Positions 1-8,910 of a stretch of DNA of 64,000 nt are shown one piece after another. The translations under genes and the position numbers were made by a program. This DNA is from Synechococcus sp. Its GTDB lineage: Bacteria > Cyanobacteriota > Cyanobacteriia > PCC-6307 > Cyanobiaceae. The notes under the pieces were generated by a model. The model ran no database searches, was not told the DNA's origin, and saw nothing but the letters and a program-made list of their open reading frames with translations. The stretch spans positions 512,136 through 576,135 of the forward strand of contig JBJBDC010000001.1 in NCBI GenBank assembly GCA_047285535.1, in the 5' to 3' direction. Numbering within the stretch: the stretch's first letter is position 1; each line of letters starts with the position of its first letter.

Positions 1-1
1 A

Positions 2-1558
2 CAAATCAGTTTGATTCTGGTCGTTGCGGGAGTCACCCGGGTCTGTTTTGAATGGATCCAAAGTCGGGCTGTTCAACTCAGTCAGCAGCGAGGTGCGGCC
101 CGCTCTCAACTTGCTGGCATGCATCGATTGCTGCGCTTGCCAAGTGAGTTTTTTCGCCTACGCAATATCGGCGATCTCCAACTGCGTTTCGGAGCCCTCG
201 ATCAATTACGTGGCGAAATTCAACAGCTGCTTGAGGGTGGTCTTCTAAGGCTGGTCCTCACCAGCATCTACATCCTTTTCATGCTGCGTATCAGCGTGAA
301 GTTGACGGCATTAGCTCTCGTTGTTTCAGCTCTGATCCTGATACCTACAGCTCTCATCGGCTTGCAATCAAGGCCCCTGCAACGCCATCAAGAGGAGGCA
401 GAAGCTCAAGCGCAGAGCCGAAATCTAGAACTGATCGGTTCCGTCTCCAAACTGCGTCTGGCCGGTTCCGAGAGTGCAGCTGCTCGTTGGTGGGGCGCAG
501 AATTCCAAAAAATTGTCTCATTGGAAAATGCCCTTGATGCCAAAGAAGCCAGTGCTTCCCTCCTGAATGCTGTGATGCCCAATCTCGGCACCTTGTTGGT
601 GTACGTGGTGGTGACTCGTCTGATTGCAGAAGCTGCTAGCACGTCAAGCCTGGACGCCCCCAATGTGGGTCAGTTGCTTGGATTCTTTTCTGCTTTCGGA
701 ACCTTTATCGGTGCATCAGCAGGGTTTGCGGGTCTGCTCATCGGCGCTTTTGACATGCCGGTGATCTACGAGCGCGCCAGACCGATTCTCGAAACCAATC
801 CTGAAACTACGGAATTTCGAGATGAAGCAGGCCTTTTGGAGGGTCGAATTCAGCTCGATCGTGTTCGCTATCGCTACTCCCAAGAACTGCCATTTGCGTT
901 GGATGGGGTGAGCTTTGAAACTCATCCAGGAGAAATGCTCGCCATCGTCGGGCCATCTGGCTCCGGAAAATCGACAATTGTGCGCTTAATACTCGGTTTT
1001 GCTAATCCCGAAGATGGTGAGATCCGTTTCGATGGCCAACCCCTTAACGGCCTGCGACTGGACAGCGTGCGCCGCCAGATTGGGACAGTTCTCCAAACCA
1101 ACTCCCTGTTTGGCGGCACCCTGAAAGAAGCGATTGCTGGAGGTAGCCTGATCGAAGAGCAGGAGGCCTGGCACGCAGCAGAGCTTGCTGGTCTAGCAGA
1201 TGAAATTAGAGCCATGCCAATGGGACTCCAAACCGTAGTGAGTGACGGTGGAGGAACCCTTTCTGGTGGTCAACGACAACGCGTCGCCATCGCGAGAGCG
1301 CTGGTACGTCAGCCACGAATTCTGATCTTCGATGAAGCCACCAGCGCCCTGGACAATCGTACTCAGGCCATTGTTACTAAGAGCCTCGAATCATTGGCGA
1401 TCACTCGTCTCGTGATAGCTCATCGCCTCAGCACAGTCCGTCGTGCGGATCGAATTGTGGTGCTAAACGAAGGGCAGGTCCTTGAACAGGGCACCTGCGA
1501 CATGTTGATGCAACGCAAGGGCTTGTTCTTTCGAATGATGCAGCGCCAGATCACATGA
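2..1558 (+). CDS. NHLP/NHLM bacteriocin-type export ABC transporter, permease/ATPase subunit (5'-truncated by window)
   Basis: TM region followed by Walker A GPSGSGKST, signature LSGGQRQR and Walker B LIFDEATSALD. Frame is open back to the window edge. Adjacent to the HlyD and C39-ABC genes. Confidence 0.85.
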   Translation, partial: QISLILVVAGVTRVCFEWIQSRAVQLSQQRGAARSQLAGMHRLLRLPSEFFRLRNIGDLQLRFGALDQLRGEIQQLLEGGLLRLVLTSIYILFMLRISVKLTALALVVSALILIPTALIGLQSRPLQRHQEEAEAQAQSRNLELIGSVSKLRLAGSESAAARWWGAEFQKIVSLENALDAKEASASLLNAVMPNLGTLLVYVVVTRLIAEAASTSSLDAPNVGQLLGFFSAFGTFIGASAGFAGLLIGAFDMPVIYERARPILETNPETTEFRDEAGLLEGRIQLDRVRYRYSQELPFALDGVSFETHPGEMLAIVGPSGSGKSTIVRLILGFANPEDGEIRFDGQPLNGLRLDSVRRQIGTVLQTNSLFGGTLKEAIAGGSLIEEQEAWHAAELAGLADEIRAMPMGLQTVVSDGGGTLSGGQRQRVAIARALVRQPRILIFDEATSALDNRTQAIVTKSLESLAITRLVIAHRLSTVRRADRIVVLNEGQVLEQGTCDMLMQRKGLFFRMMQRQIT

Positions 1559-2676
1559 GCCTCTTCCGTAAGAACGCGTTAGATCATCTCTCTAGTCCGG
1601 AGAAACTCGATCAACCTCTTCGCCTCCTTCGTCCCGGGCAATGGTTGCTATTGCTCTCCCTGGGTGGTTTCTGCATCACGATCACCATCTGGGCGGTGTT
1701 TGGACGTCTCCCGGTCCGTATCAGCGGCAAAGGATTATTGATCCGCTCCAATAGCCTGACGGTGGTGCAGAGCGAGGCCGCAGGACGGATCCTTGAGCTG
1801 AACTTCACCATCGGTGATTGCGTGAAGCGTGGGCAGCTGATGGCTCGTATCGATCCTGTTTCCCAGGAAATCAGCAAAAAGGAAGCGGAAATGCAGCTGG
1901 ATCATTTGATCAGCCAGGACCAGCAGGAAGATCACCTTGGAGCGATCCGTATTCGACAGCTACGAGCAGAAATTTCCCGGATCGCGAAGTTGACCCAATC
2001 CGGCGCGATCTCTATCGATCAATTGAGTCAGCGCCAGAAAGAATTAAGCGGTTTGGAGGACTCTCTTGAAGCTCGTGATGGTCAGCGTGAACAGCAGATC
2101 AAACAGCAGGAGGCACGCATCAATGCCCGCAACGAGGAGATCGAGCGTATCGCTCAGATCAGGGCGCCGATCGATGGCTGTGTCATCGATCGAAATGTGC
2201 ACCGGGGTGAGGTTGTCCAGCCTGGTAATACGTTGTTCACCTTAGAGACAGGTTCTGGACAGACCCCGCTAGAAAGCTTGGCTTTCTTTCAAGCTGGGGA
2301 CGGCAAACGGATCAGCATCGGGCAGAGGGTGCGCATCAGTCCCACCAGCACCAATCAGCAACGCCATGGCGGCATACAGGGCCAAGTGCTCAGCGTGAGG
2401 CGCTTGCCGGTGAGCGATAAGGCGCTGATAAAACGCCTTGGTCTGGAGTCTCTCTTAGATGCTGTGCGCAGTGAACAAAAGGGACCACTGATCGAGGTGA
2501 AGACCTCTCTAGAACGTGATCCAACGACCGTGAGCGGCTACGACTGGGGTGGAAGTGTAGGGCCTGACTTGACGCTCACTACCGGAACACCAACCAATGT
2601 GAGGGTATTAGTTGAGGAACGGCGACCGATCAGTTACGTCATCCCAATTATGAGAGACCTAACGGGCATCTACTGA
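1555..2676 (+). CDS. NHLP bacteriocin system secretion protein (HlyD-family membrane fusion protein)
   Basis: Characteristic N-terminus FRKNALDHLSSPEKLDQ, single TM, coiled coil, IRAPIDG lipoyl half-motif, C-terminal RPISYVIP. ATGA overlap with the upstream gene. Confidence 0.88.
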   Translation: MSLFRKNALDHLSSPEKLDQPLRLLRPGQWLLLLSLGGFCITITIWAVFGRLPVRISGKGLLIRSNSLTVVQSEAAGRILELNFTIGDCVKRGQLMARIDPVSQEISKKEAEMQLDHLISQDQQEDHLGAIRIRQLRAEISRIAKLTQSGAISIDQLSQRQKELSGLEDSLEARDGQREQQIKQQEARINARNEEIERIAQIRAPIDGCVIDRNVHRGEVVQPGNTLFTLETGSGQTPLESLAFFQAGDGKRISIGQRVRISPTSTNQQRHGGIQGQVLSVRRLPVSDKALIKRLGLESLLDAVRSEQKGPLIEVKTSLERDPTTVSGYDWGGSVGPDLTLTTGTPTNVRVLVEERRPISYVIPIMRDLTGIY

Positions 2677-4823
2677 TGGAGCGAACTCCCACCGTTCTGC
2701 AAATGGAGGCCACCGAATGTGGAGCGGCCTCGCTCAGTATCATTCTTCAGCACTATGGTCGCTATGTCCCGCTTACTCAATTAAGGGAGCTTTGTGGTGT
2801 GTCGCGCGACGGCACGGATGCGGCCAATCTGATTCTGGCCGCACGCACATTTGGACTCGAGGCTAAGGGCTTCCAAAAAGGTCTATCGACCTTGGAAAAG
2901 ATGAAGGCCCCCGCCATCCTGTTTTGGGAGTTCAATCACTTTTTAGTCTTTGAAGGATTCAAAGATGACCGTGTCGCTCTTAATGATCCCGCACTAGGTC
3001 CGCGGACCGTGTCTCGAGAAGACTTCGATCGGAGCTATACAGGCATTGTTCTGACCATGGAACCTGGGCCCGAATTTGTTCGGGGTGGTCAGGCTCCATC
3101 CTTTTGGCCCATCGTGCGCCGACGGCTCACGAGTGAGCCGTCAGGTGTTCTTTTCTCCCTGATCGCTGGACTGCTGTTGATCCTTCCCCAACTGGTAATG
3201 CCCATTTATGCCCAGATCTATTTAGATGAGGTGATCGGTAACAGCATGAACCAATGGCTCAAGCCAATGCTTTGGGCTATGGCCTTAACCATCGGTTTAC
3301 AGGTTGTGCTGAAACATCTGCAACTGATCGGCACCAGGAGACTGGAAAAACGACTCACACGCCGTTTTTCGATTGGCTTTGAACACCAAATCCTGGCTTT
3401 GCCAGAAAGGTTTTACAGCCAGCGTCATGTTTCTGATATTGCAGGGCGGATGCAAATCAACGCCAACATCGCTGAATTCATAGGAGGGCGATTGATTCCA
3501 GTTGTCACTGGATTGGTTTTGCTGATCTTTTATTTGATATTGACTTTCCTCTACAGCCCATGGCTTGGATCCCTGATTCTTGGCAGTACAGCCATTAATG
3601 CGATAGCAGTACGGCTCAATCTGCGAGCGCAGAAGGATGCCAGCCTCACGATTCAAAAAGATGCAGCAAAAAGTAGTTCAGTGGTGGTCAATGCCATGCG
3701 GGACATCGAAACCATCAAGGCTGCCGCAATCGAGCAGGACGTTTTTCGTCGGTTTGCTGGCTATCAAAGCCGATTGCTGAACACGCTTCAAGATCTTCAG
3801 CTTCGTAATGCGAAGTTGCGGCTCATTCCGAATGCCCTCACCACTTTCAACGAAGTGACGGTTCTGCTGCTTGGCTTTTTGCTCGTGATTCGCGGTCAGC
3901 TGACTTTAGGCATGCTTCTTGCCGCCCAAACGATTGCCTTCAGCCTGAAAGGCCAACTTGAAAGTGTGATTGGTTTTGTCCAGCAGCTACCCGAATTTGA
4001 AGCAGGTGTTCTGCGATTAGAAGATGTTCTCGAGCAACCTCGTGACCCACTGTTGGAGAGTGATCCTGAGTTGATTCTCAACTCCAAACGTTCTCGGTTG
4101 AGCGGGGCTATTGAAATTCGTGACCTCAGCTTTGGCTTCGTAGCGATTCAACCACCGTTGATCAAAGACATTTCTCTATCCATTCAACCAGGCATGCGAA
4201 TCGCTCTTGTTGGTGGGAGTGGAAGCGGTAAAAGCACCCTGGCGAAATTGATTGCTGGCCTACACCAGCCCAGTGGGGGAGAGATTCTTTTCGATGATCA
4301 AACTCTTCTCACAATCCCAAGAGCCGTTGCGGTGAGTTCCCTTGCCATGGTTCAGCAAGAGATTCAACTCTTCGGATGCAGTGTTCGTGACAACCTTACC
4401 CTTTGGAACCAAGCAATTCAAGAAAGAGATTTGCTGGAAGCTTGCCGAGATGCGGAGATTCTTGATGTGGTTCGAGGACTTCCCGATGGACTCGACACTA
4501 TTCTTTCTGAAGGTGGACGGAACCTTTCAGGGGGGCAACGCCAAAGACTTGAGCTTGCTCGTGCGCTTGTAACCAATCCAAGCATTTTGATCATGGATGA
4601 GGCCACCGCTGCTTTAGATGCTGATACAGAGCAGCGCGTCATCAGCAATCTACGTATGAGGGGGTGCACTCAAATCATTGTTGCGCACCGGCTCAGTACG
4701 ATCAGAGATGCAGATCAGATCCTTGTGATGAAGCAAGGACAAATCATTCAACAAGGAACACACGAAGAATTATTTAATGATCAATCTGGTCCTTACGTTC
4801 AACTTTTAGAGGAGGTTGTCTGA
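2676..4823 (+). CDS. NHLP/NHLM export ABC transporter with C39 peptidase (peptidase/permease/ATPase)
   Basis: C39 motif QMEATECGAASL (Cys), FNHF (His), NDPA (Asp); TM domain; GGSGSGKST; LSGGQRQR; DEATAALD. Confidence 0.9.
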   Translation: MERTPTVLQMEATECGAASLSIILQHYGRYVPLTQLRELCGVSRDGTDAANLILAARTFGLEAKGFQKGLSTLEKMKAPAILFWEFNHFLVFEGFKDDRVALNDPALGPRTVSREDFDRSYTGIVLTMEPGPEFVRGGQAPSFWPIVRRRLTSEPSGVLFSLIAGLLLILPQLVMPIYAQIYLDEVIGNSMNQWLKPMLWAMALTIGLQVVLKHLQLIGTRRLEKRLTRRFSIGFEHQILALPERFYSQRHVSDIAGRMQINANIAEFIGGRLIPVVTGLVLLIFYLILTFLYSPWLGSLILGSTAINAIAVRLNLRAQKDASLTIQKDAAKSSSVVVNAMRDIETIKAAAIEQDVFRRFAGYQSRLLNTLQDLQLRNAKLRLIPNALTTFNEVTVLLLGFLLVIRGQLTLGMLLAAQTIAFSLKGQLESVIGFVQQLPEFEAGVLRLEDVLEQPRDPLLESDPELILNSKRSRLSGAIEIRDLSFGFVAIQPPLIKDISLSIQPGMRIALVGGSGSGKSTLAKLIAGLHQPSGGEILFDDQTLLTIPRAVAVSSLAMVQQEIQLFGCSVRDNLTLWNQAIQERDLLEACRDAEILDVVRGLPDGLDTILSEGGRNLSGGQRQRLELARALVTNPSILIMDEATAALDADTEQRVISNLRMRGCTQIIVAHRLSTIRDADQILVMKQGQIIQQGTHEELFNDQSGPYVQLLEEVV

Positions 4824-4899
4824 TGGTTTTCATTCAGCCTGTTCCTGCTGCATCGAATCTGGGAAAAACTATCCCCCAGAGCCCTGCCTAAGGATCCAG

Positions 4900-6350
4900 G
4901 CGAATCTGCTCAGCATCTTGACGATTGTCTCTTTGTTACTGCCAAGTGTCTGATTGACTCATCAACTTCCGCCTCCACCGTTGAGTCTTTCCTTGATCGT
5001 CTCGCTGATGATTCTCATCCTCACTTTGAGGGTGATGTAGTTGAAGAACATACCTGTGCTTGCTGACCCAATCTCTACGTACATCGATCAATCGTCTTGG
5101 GCTGTTCAGTGTCGTAGGACTCTTCAGCTGGTCATTGTTGTTTCTTCCTTCTGAACTGGGTTGTGGAAAACCATCACAAAAATTGTCCAAGACTTCTTCA
5201 GTTTGGTGGTTGCAACGGCAATCACCCTGATTGTGATTGACCGAGATTTCAAGGTTGATTTAGCTGGACTTGCTGCGACCTCAACATTCATCACCGAGGT
5301 TGTCGCTCTTTCTGTCCAAAAAACACTCAAACCTCTCTCTGCCGCTGTTTCTCTTCCGGTTGACTCCTCTTTTGATCAGGGCGGCTGAATCGACTTAGCC
5401 TTCACCCGTGGCATAGGCATTCCTCTGCGTCGGATGTCGAGCGCTGACGCACCAGCGAGGTCTACATCACCGTCTTGCCAATGAGATATATCTCCTTCGA
5501 AGGCCTCCGCCGAACTAAGTCATCAGAGCCTTGCGTCTGATCTTCGAGATCGGATGGACTGCAGCCTGCTCAGTTCCAAGCCATCGAGCTCCTCAAACGC
5601 GCTGATGAACAACAGAAAGGTGTACATGGTTCCGGCTTCAATGCTTTGGCTCAGAAACTTTGAAGACATCACTCTTGTCTAAAAAATCCGCACCTGGTAG
5701 GCCTGGCCATGGAGCAGCACCAACGGTGCACTGATCTGATCGAGCCAATCTAATACTGCCTTCAACGTATCAACTCAGTGAATACCTTTGCCCATCCCCG
5801 ACTTTCAAGTAAAGGCCTCAACAGCAAAGTTTCTATCGAAAACGTTAAATCGGCAGTGCCTTCAATCCTTTTTAGTTCAAGTCAAACTTTTTAGTCAGTT
5901 CACACCGATCAGCTCCTTCAACACGCTAAGCCAGCTTGCCGCAAAAGTTACGATCCTGGTCAGCGTGTTATAAGCCAAGCTGAATAAGGCAACAGTCTTT
6001 TGATCGTCATGGGCGCAAGCCTCGATGTCATGCGCAATACACCCCAAGGAGGACTTGTTCTGGTGAACACTCTGACGTGGGCTGCTGTCTTGGGTGAAAT
6101 GGTTTTATGCAAGGGTGCACCGGGATCAGCCAATGCAATTTGGAACGTGAAGTGTGTTCTGCTCGACATTCAACGACTACATCTGATCCAACAGATAGAG
6201 GAGAACCCTCAGAATCTTGAGACGATGGGCACTCTTATGGCTCATCGTCGGCAAACTTTGCAATCGATTAGCGAAGAGAGGGCTGAAACTCGAATCCAGA
6301 CACTCATCGGCTGCATTCAGTCTCTCCAGACAAGCATGGGGCAATCATGA
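4900..6350 (+). pseudogene. Decayed MscS-family mechanosensitive channel with C-terminal cyclic-nucleotide-binding domain
   Basis: Fragments stitched across stops and frameshifts: HQLPPPPL; KIVQDFFSLVVATAITLIVIDRDFKVDLAGLAATSTFITEVVALSVQKTLKPLSAAVSLPVDSSFDQGG*IDLAFTRG (MscS pore helix and PFxxGDWI region); EGLRR; QAIELLKR; NNRKV; LIEPI*YCLQRI; then the cNMP-like LGEMVLCKGAPGSA...LLDIQR in ORF 6000-6350. Confidence 0.8.
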
Positions 6351-8233
6351 AGCTCTGGCTCCAGCGCTTAGCGCCGTATGCCTTCGCAAGCGCGCTGCTG
6401 CTCGGACTTCAATACTCACCTGCTGTAGAGCCATTCAACTTGCTTGTCTACGATCTTGTGAGCACCTTGCGTGGCAGGTACTCGCCTCAACTTCCGAATG
6501 ACATCGCAATCGTTGCGATCGATGAGGCCGAAATTGATCGCTACAACTGGCCGATAGCTGATTCCTATCTCTGTGATGCAATCCGCCAATTGGATTTACT
6601 TGATGTCAAAGCGATCGGTTTGGATCTCTACCGAAACCAGAGCATCCCAACCTCTGACCGCTGCCTAAGTCAACTCGTAGCCGATAACCCCCGACTGATC
6701 TCTATTCACAACATTGCAGAATCAATTCCAGCCATTCCTAATACTCCAGCTCAACAACAGGCATTCAACGACATCGTTGTGGATGCGGATCGGGTGGTAC
6801 GTCGCGATTTGGTTCACGTTGGCGGACAGGACAAACGCACACGTTCCTTACCTTTACGTCTTTTAGAGACAGCACGCCATGATCACAATCTGGCTGAACG
6901 ACTTGAAAGCATGGAGTCGTCCATCTGGTTAGAGCCAGGATCTGGCGGTTATCAGCGTCTGGATTCTGCTGGTTACCAAACAATGTTGGCTGTCTACCCA
7001 TCAAGCCGATATCCCATCATTGGTTTACATGATTTCCTCAATGGGCGGTATGACCCTGACCAACTTCAGGACCGAATTGTTCTAATTGGAAGCACTGCTG
7101 CCTCCCTCAAAGATCAATTTGAGATTCCCAACAGTCGTTGGCATCAGGGTGATCGATTTCTTGAGCTGCCTGGGGTCGAGATCCATGCTCAGAGATTGGA
7201 ATCATTGCAAAACCTCTTACTTCATAACCAGGCCCAGATCCGTGTGGCCTCACCTCTACATCGTCTACTTTTGTTGGCAGCCATGGTTCTTTTAGGCATT
7301 GCCTTGGCAGAACGTCCGTCAGGAATTCGACGAAGTGCTCTTCTGCTTGTTCTGTGTGGATGCACCCTCATTGGTGCCGTGGTCATGGTCCTTATTCAAG
7401 GCATCTGGATTGGTGTTGCGATGCCCCTGGCTGGTCTGATTGTGTTTGGCAGCAGCGGCATTCTGAGGCGAGGGGCTATCAGTCAGAACCATCAAAAAGA
7501 GATGCGCCAACTTCTCGGTCAAGCGACTTCACCAGCTGTCGCACAGCAGCTATGGAACCAGCGTACAGAGCTCATTCAGGACGGACGCTTCACTGGTAGA
7601 GAGCAATTAGTGACAATTTTATTCAGTGATATTTGCAACTTCACTCAGGTGTCAGAGCAACTCAGCCCAGCAGAGTTGATCAATTGGTTAAATCAAGGGA
7701 TAGCGATTGGTGTTGATGCGGTCACCAGCCATGGGGGCATGGTGAATAAATTTACCGGGGATGGAATGCTCGCCGTTTTTGGTGCACCTGTCTCCGCTGG
7801 TAGTGAAGTTGAAGCTCAGCAAGCACTCGCCGCTGCAAAGGCTATTCAGGTTGCAATTTTTAATCTGAATCAAACCCTAATGTCCCGAGGTGAATCAACG
7901 TTGCGTCTGCGAATTGGCATTCATTCTGGAAAGGTTATCACTGGATCAATCGGTAGTCGTGAGCGGCTGGAGTACGCCGTTATTGGAGATACGGTGAACT
8001 GTGCATCTCGTTTAGAGAGTTTCTGCAAGGAAAACAACCAAGGATTTGTCCGCGTTCTGGTCTCTTCTACTACTCTTCTTTTAGCTGGAGAAAGTCTTCA
8101 TCAAACTAACTTGAAGGAATGGGGGCTAATTAATGTTAAAGGGCGCCAAGAACCCCTGATAGCCTTTGAACTGATGACTCAAGATTGTTTTAGAAACACA
8201 TCACAGGCACCTCCTGAGGCCACTGAGAATTGA
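6347..8233 (+). CDS. CHASE2-domain class III adenylate/guanylate cyclase
   Basis: CHASE2 motifs IAIVAIDE, YNWP, IGLDLYR, DADRVVRR, IVLIG, PGVEIHAQ; three TM helices; cyclase motifs ILFSDICNFT, KFTGDG, RIGIHSG, GDTVNCASRLE. Confidence 0.92.
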   Translation: MKLWLQRLAPYAFASALLLGLQYSPAVEPFNLLVYDLVSTLRGRYSPQLPNDIAIVAIDEAEIDRYNWPIADSYLCDAIRQLDLLDVKAIGLDLYRNQSIPTSDRCLSQLVADNPRLISIHNIAESIPAIPNTPAQQQAFNDIVVDADRVVRRDLVHVGGQDKRTRSLPLRLLETARHDHNLAERLESMESSIWLEPGSGGYQRLDSAGYQTMLAVYPSSRYPIIGLHDFLNGRYDPDQLQDRIVLIGSTAASLKDQFEIPNSRWHQGDRFLELPGVEIHAQRLESLQNLLLHNQAQIRVASPLHRLLLLAAMVLLGIALAERPSGIRRSALLLVLCGCTLIGAVVMVLIQGIWIGVAMPLAGLIVFGSSGILRRGAISQNHQKEMRQLLGQATSPAVAQQLWNQRTELIQDGRFTGREQLVTILFSDICNFTQVSEQLSPAELINWLNQGIAIGVDAVTSHGGMVNKFTGDGMLAVFGAPVSAGSEVEAQQALAAAKAIQVAIFNLNQTLMSRGESTLRLRIGIHSGKVITGSIGSRERLEYAVIGDTVNCASRLESFCKENNQGFVRVLVSSTTLLLAGESLHQTNLKEWGLINVKGRQEPLIAFELMTQDCFRNTSQAPPEATEN

Positions 8234-8804
8234 TTACATCTTCAAGTCCAAAGAGGAGTTTGATTTTGGAAAGTGGGACTTTCGAATCGCAGGTTAGTAG
8301 CAATTCCTTAAGTTGATCTTGAACTGCAGAATCAATGAGACGCGACTCATCGACAAGCAGACTCTTGGCTGGTGGACTCTCCACACCGATAAAACCAAAT
8401 TCGTCACCAGCTTGTGATTCAGCACACCTATAGGCTGATTCCCAGACTATTGGAAATAGTTGAGTCTGGAGAAGTCGCAACAGCACAAGTCGGGGACCTG
8501 AAGAGACAATGGACCGCATGAAAACAGGTTTGTTCCGCTTGAGAAGCGAAATTTCAATTGGTTTGGGATCTCTAGACGGCCCTTCGAGCCAACCAATCAC
8601 GCCTTCTTTCCCTGGCGCAAACACACTCGACTCTGGAACCAGGTGAACGATTAGACGCGAAACGCATTCTCCTCGCGTTCCTCCGCCAACCCTTCTGCCA
8701 GGAAAGCTATTACGAGACTGGGACCAGCTCTGCTCAGGGTGAATGCCTGTTCCCAGAACCATTAAGGCTGCAGACGTCACAATGGAGCGAATGGGCGAGA
8801 TCAC
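8190..8804 (-). CDS. DUF928-like exported protein
   Basis: Signal-peptide-like N-terminus followed by PGRRVGGGTRGEC, typical of DUF928. Lies between the CHAT and CHASE2 genes. Confidence 0.7.
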   Translation of the reverse strand: MISPIRSIVTSAALMVLGTGIHPEQSWSQSRNSFPGRRVGGGTRGECVSRLIVHLVPESSVFAPGKEGVIGWLEGPSRDPKPIEISLLKRNKPVFMRSIVSSGPRLVLLRLLQTQLFPIVWESAYRCAESQAGDEFGFIGVESPPAKSLLVDESRLIDSAVQDQLKELLLTCDSKVPLSKIKLLFGLEDVINSQWPQEVPVMCF

Positions 8805-8875
8805 GGCAGGATTTCGACTCTATGGCTGCAGAATGCCCCGATCTTTAGCAATTGGCCTTGATTTCGGTCATTTTC

Positions 8876-8897
8876 AAATGTGATTCAGATCACAAGC
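8876..8897. promoter_or_regulatory. CRP (cAMP receptor protein) binding site
   Basis: AAATGTGATTCAGATCACAAGC versus consensus AAATGTGATCTAGATCACATTT. Perfect TGTGA-N6-TCACA at 8879-8894, in the 106-bp gap upstream of the DUF928 gene. A crp gene lies about 6 kb away. Confidence 0.8.
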
Positions 8898-8910
8898 GGC
8901 ATAAAGACAA

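Noticed and set aside
4936..5330. Short minus-strand ORFs as RiPP precursors or transposase pieces
   Set aside because: They have no Nif11/NHLP leader, double-Gly motif or transposase motifs, and they lie antisense to the MscS remnant.
5889..5904. TTTTA-N6-TCACA as a CRP site upstream of the cyclase
   Set aside because: Only one good half-site, and it lies inside former coding sequence.
6000..6350. 116-aa ORF as an independent hypothetical gene
   Set aside because: It is better explained as the 3' cNMP-domain remnant of the MscS pseudogene.
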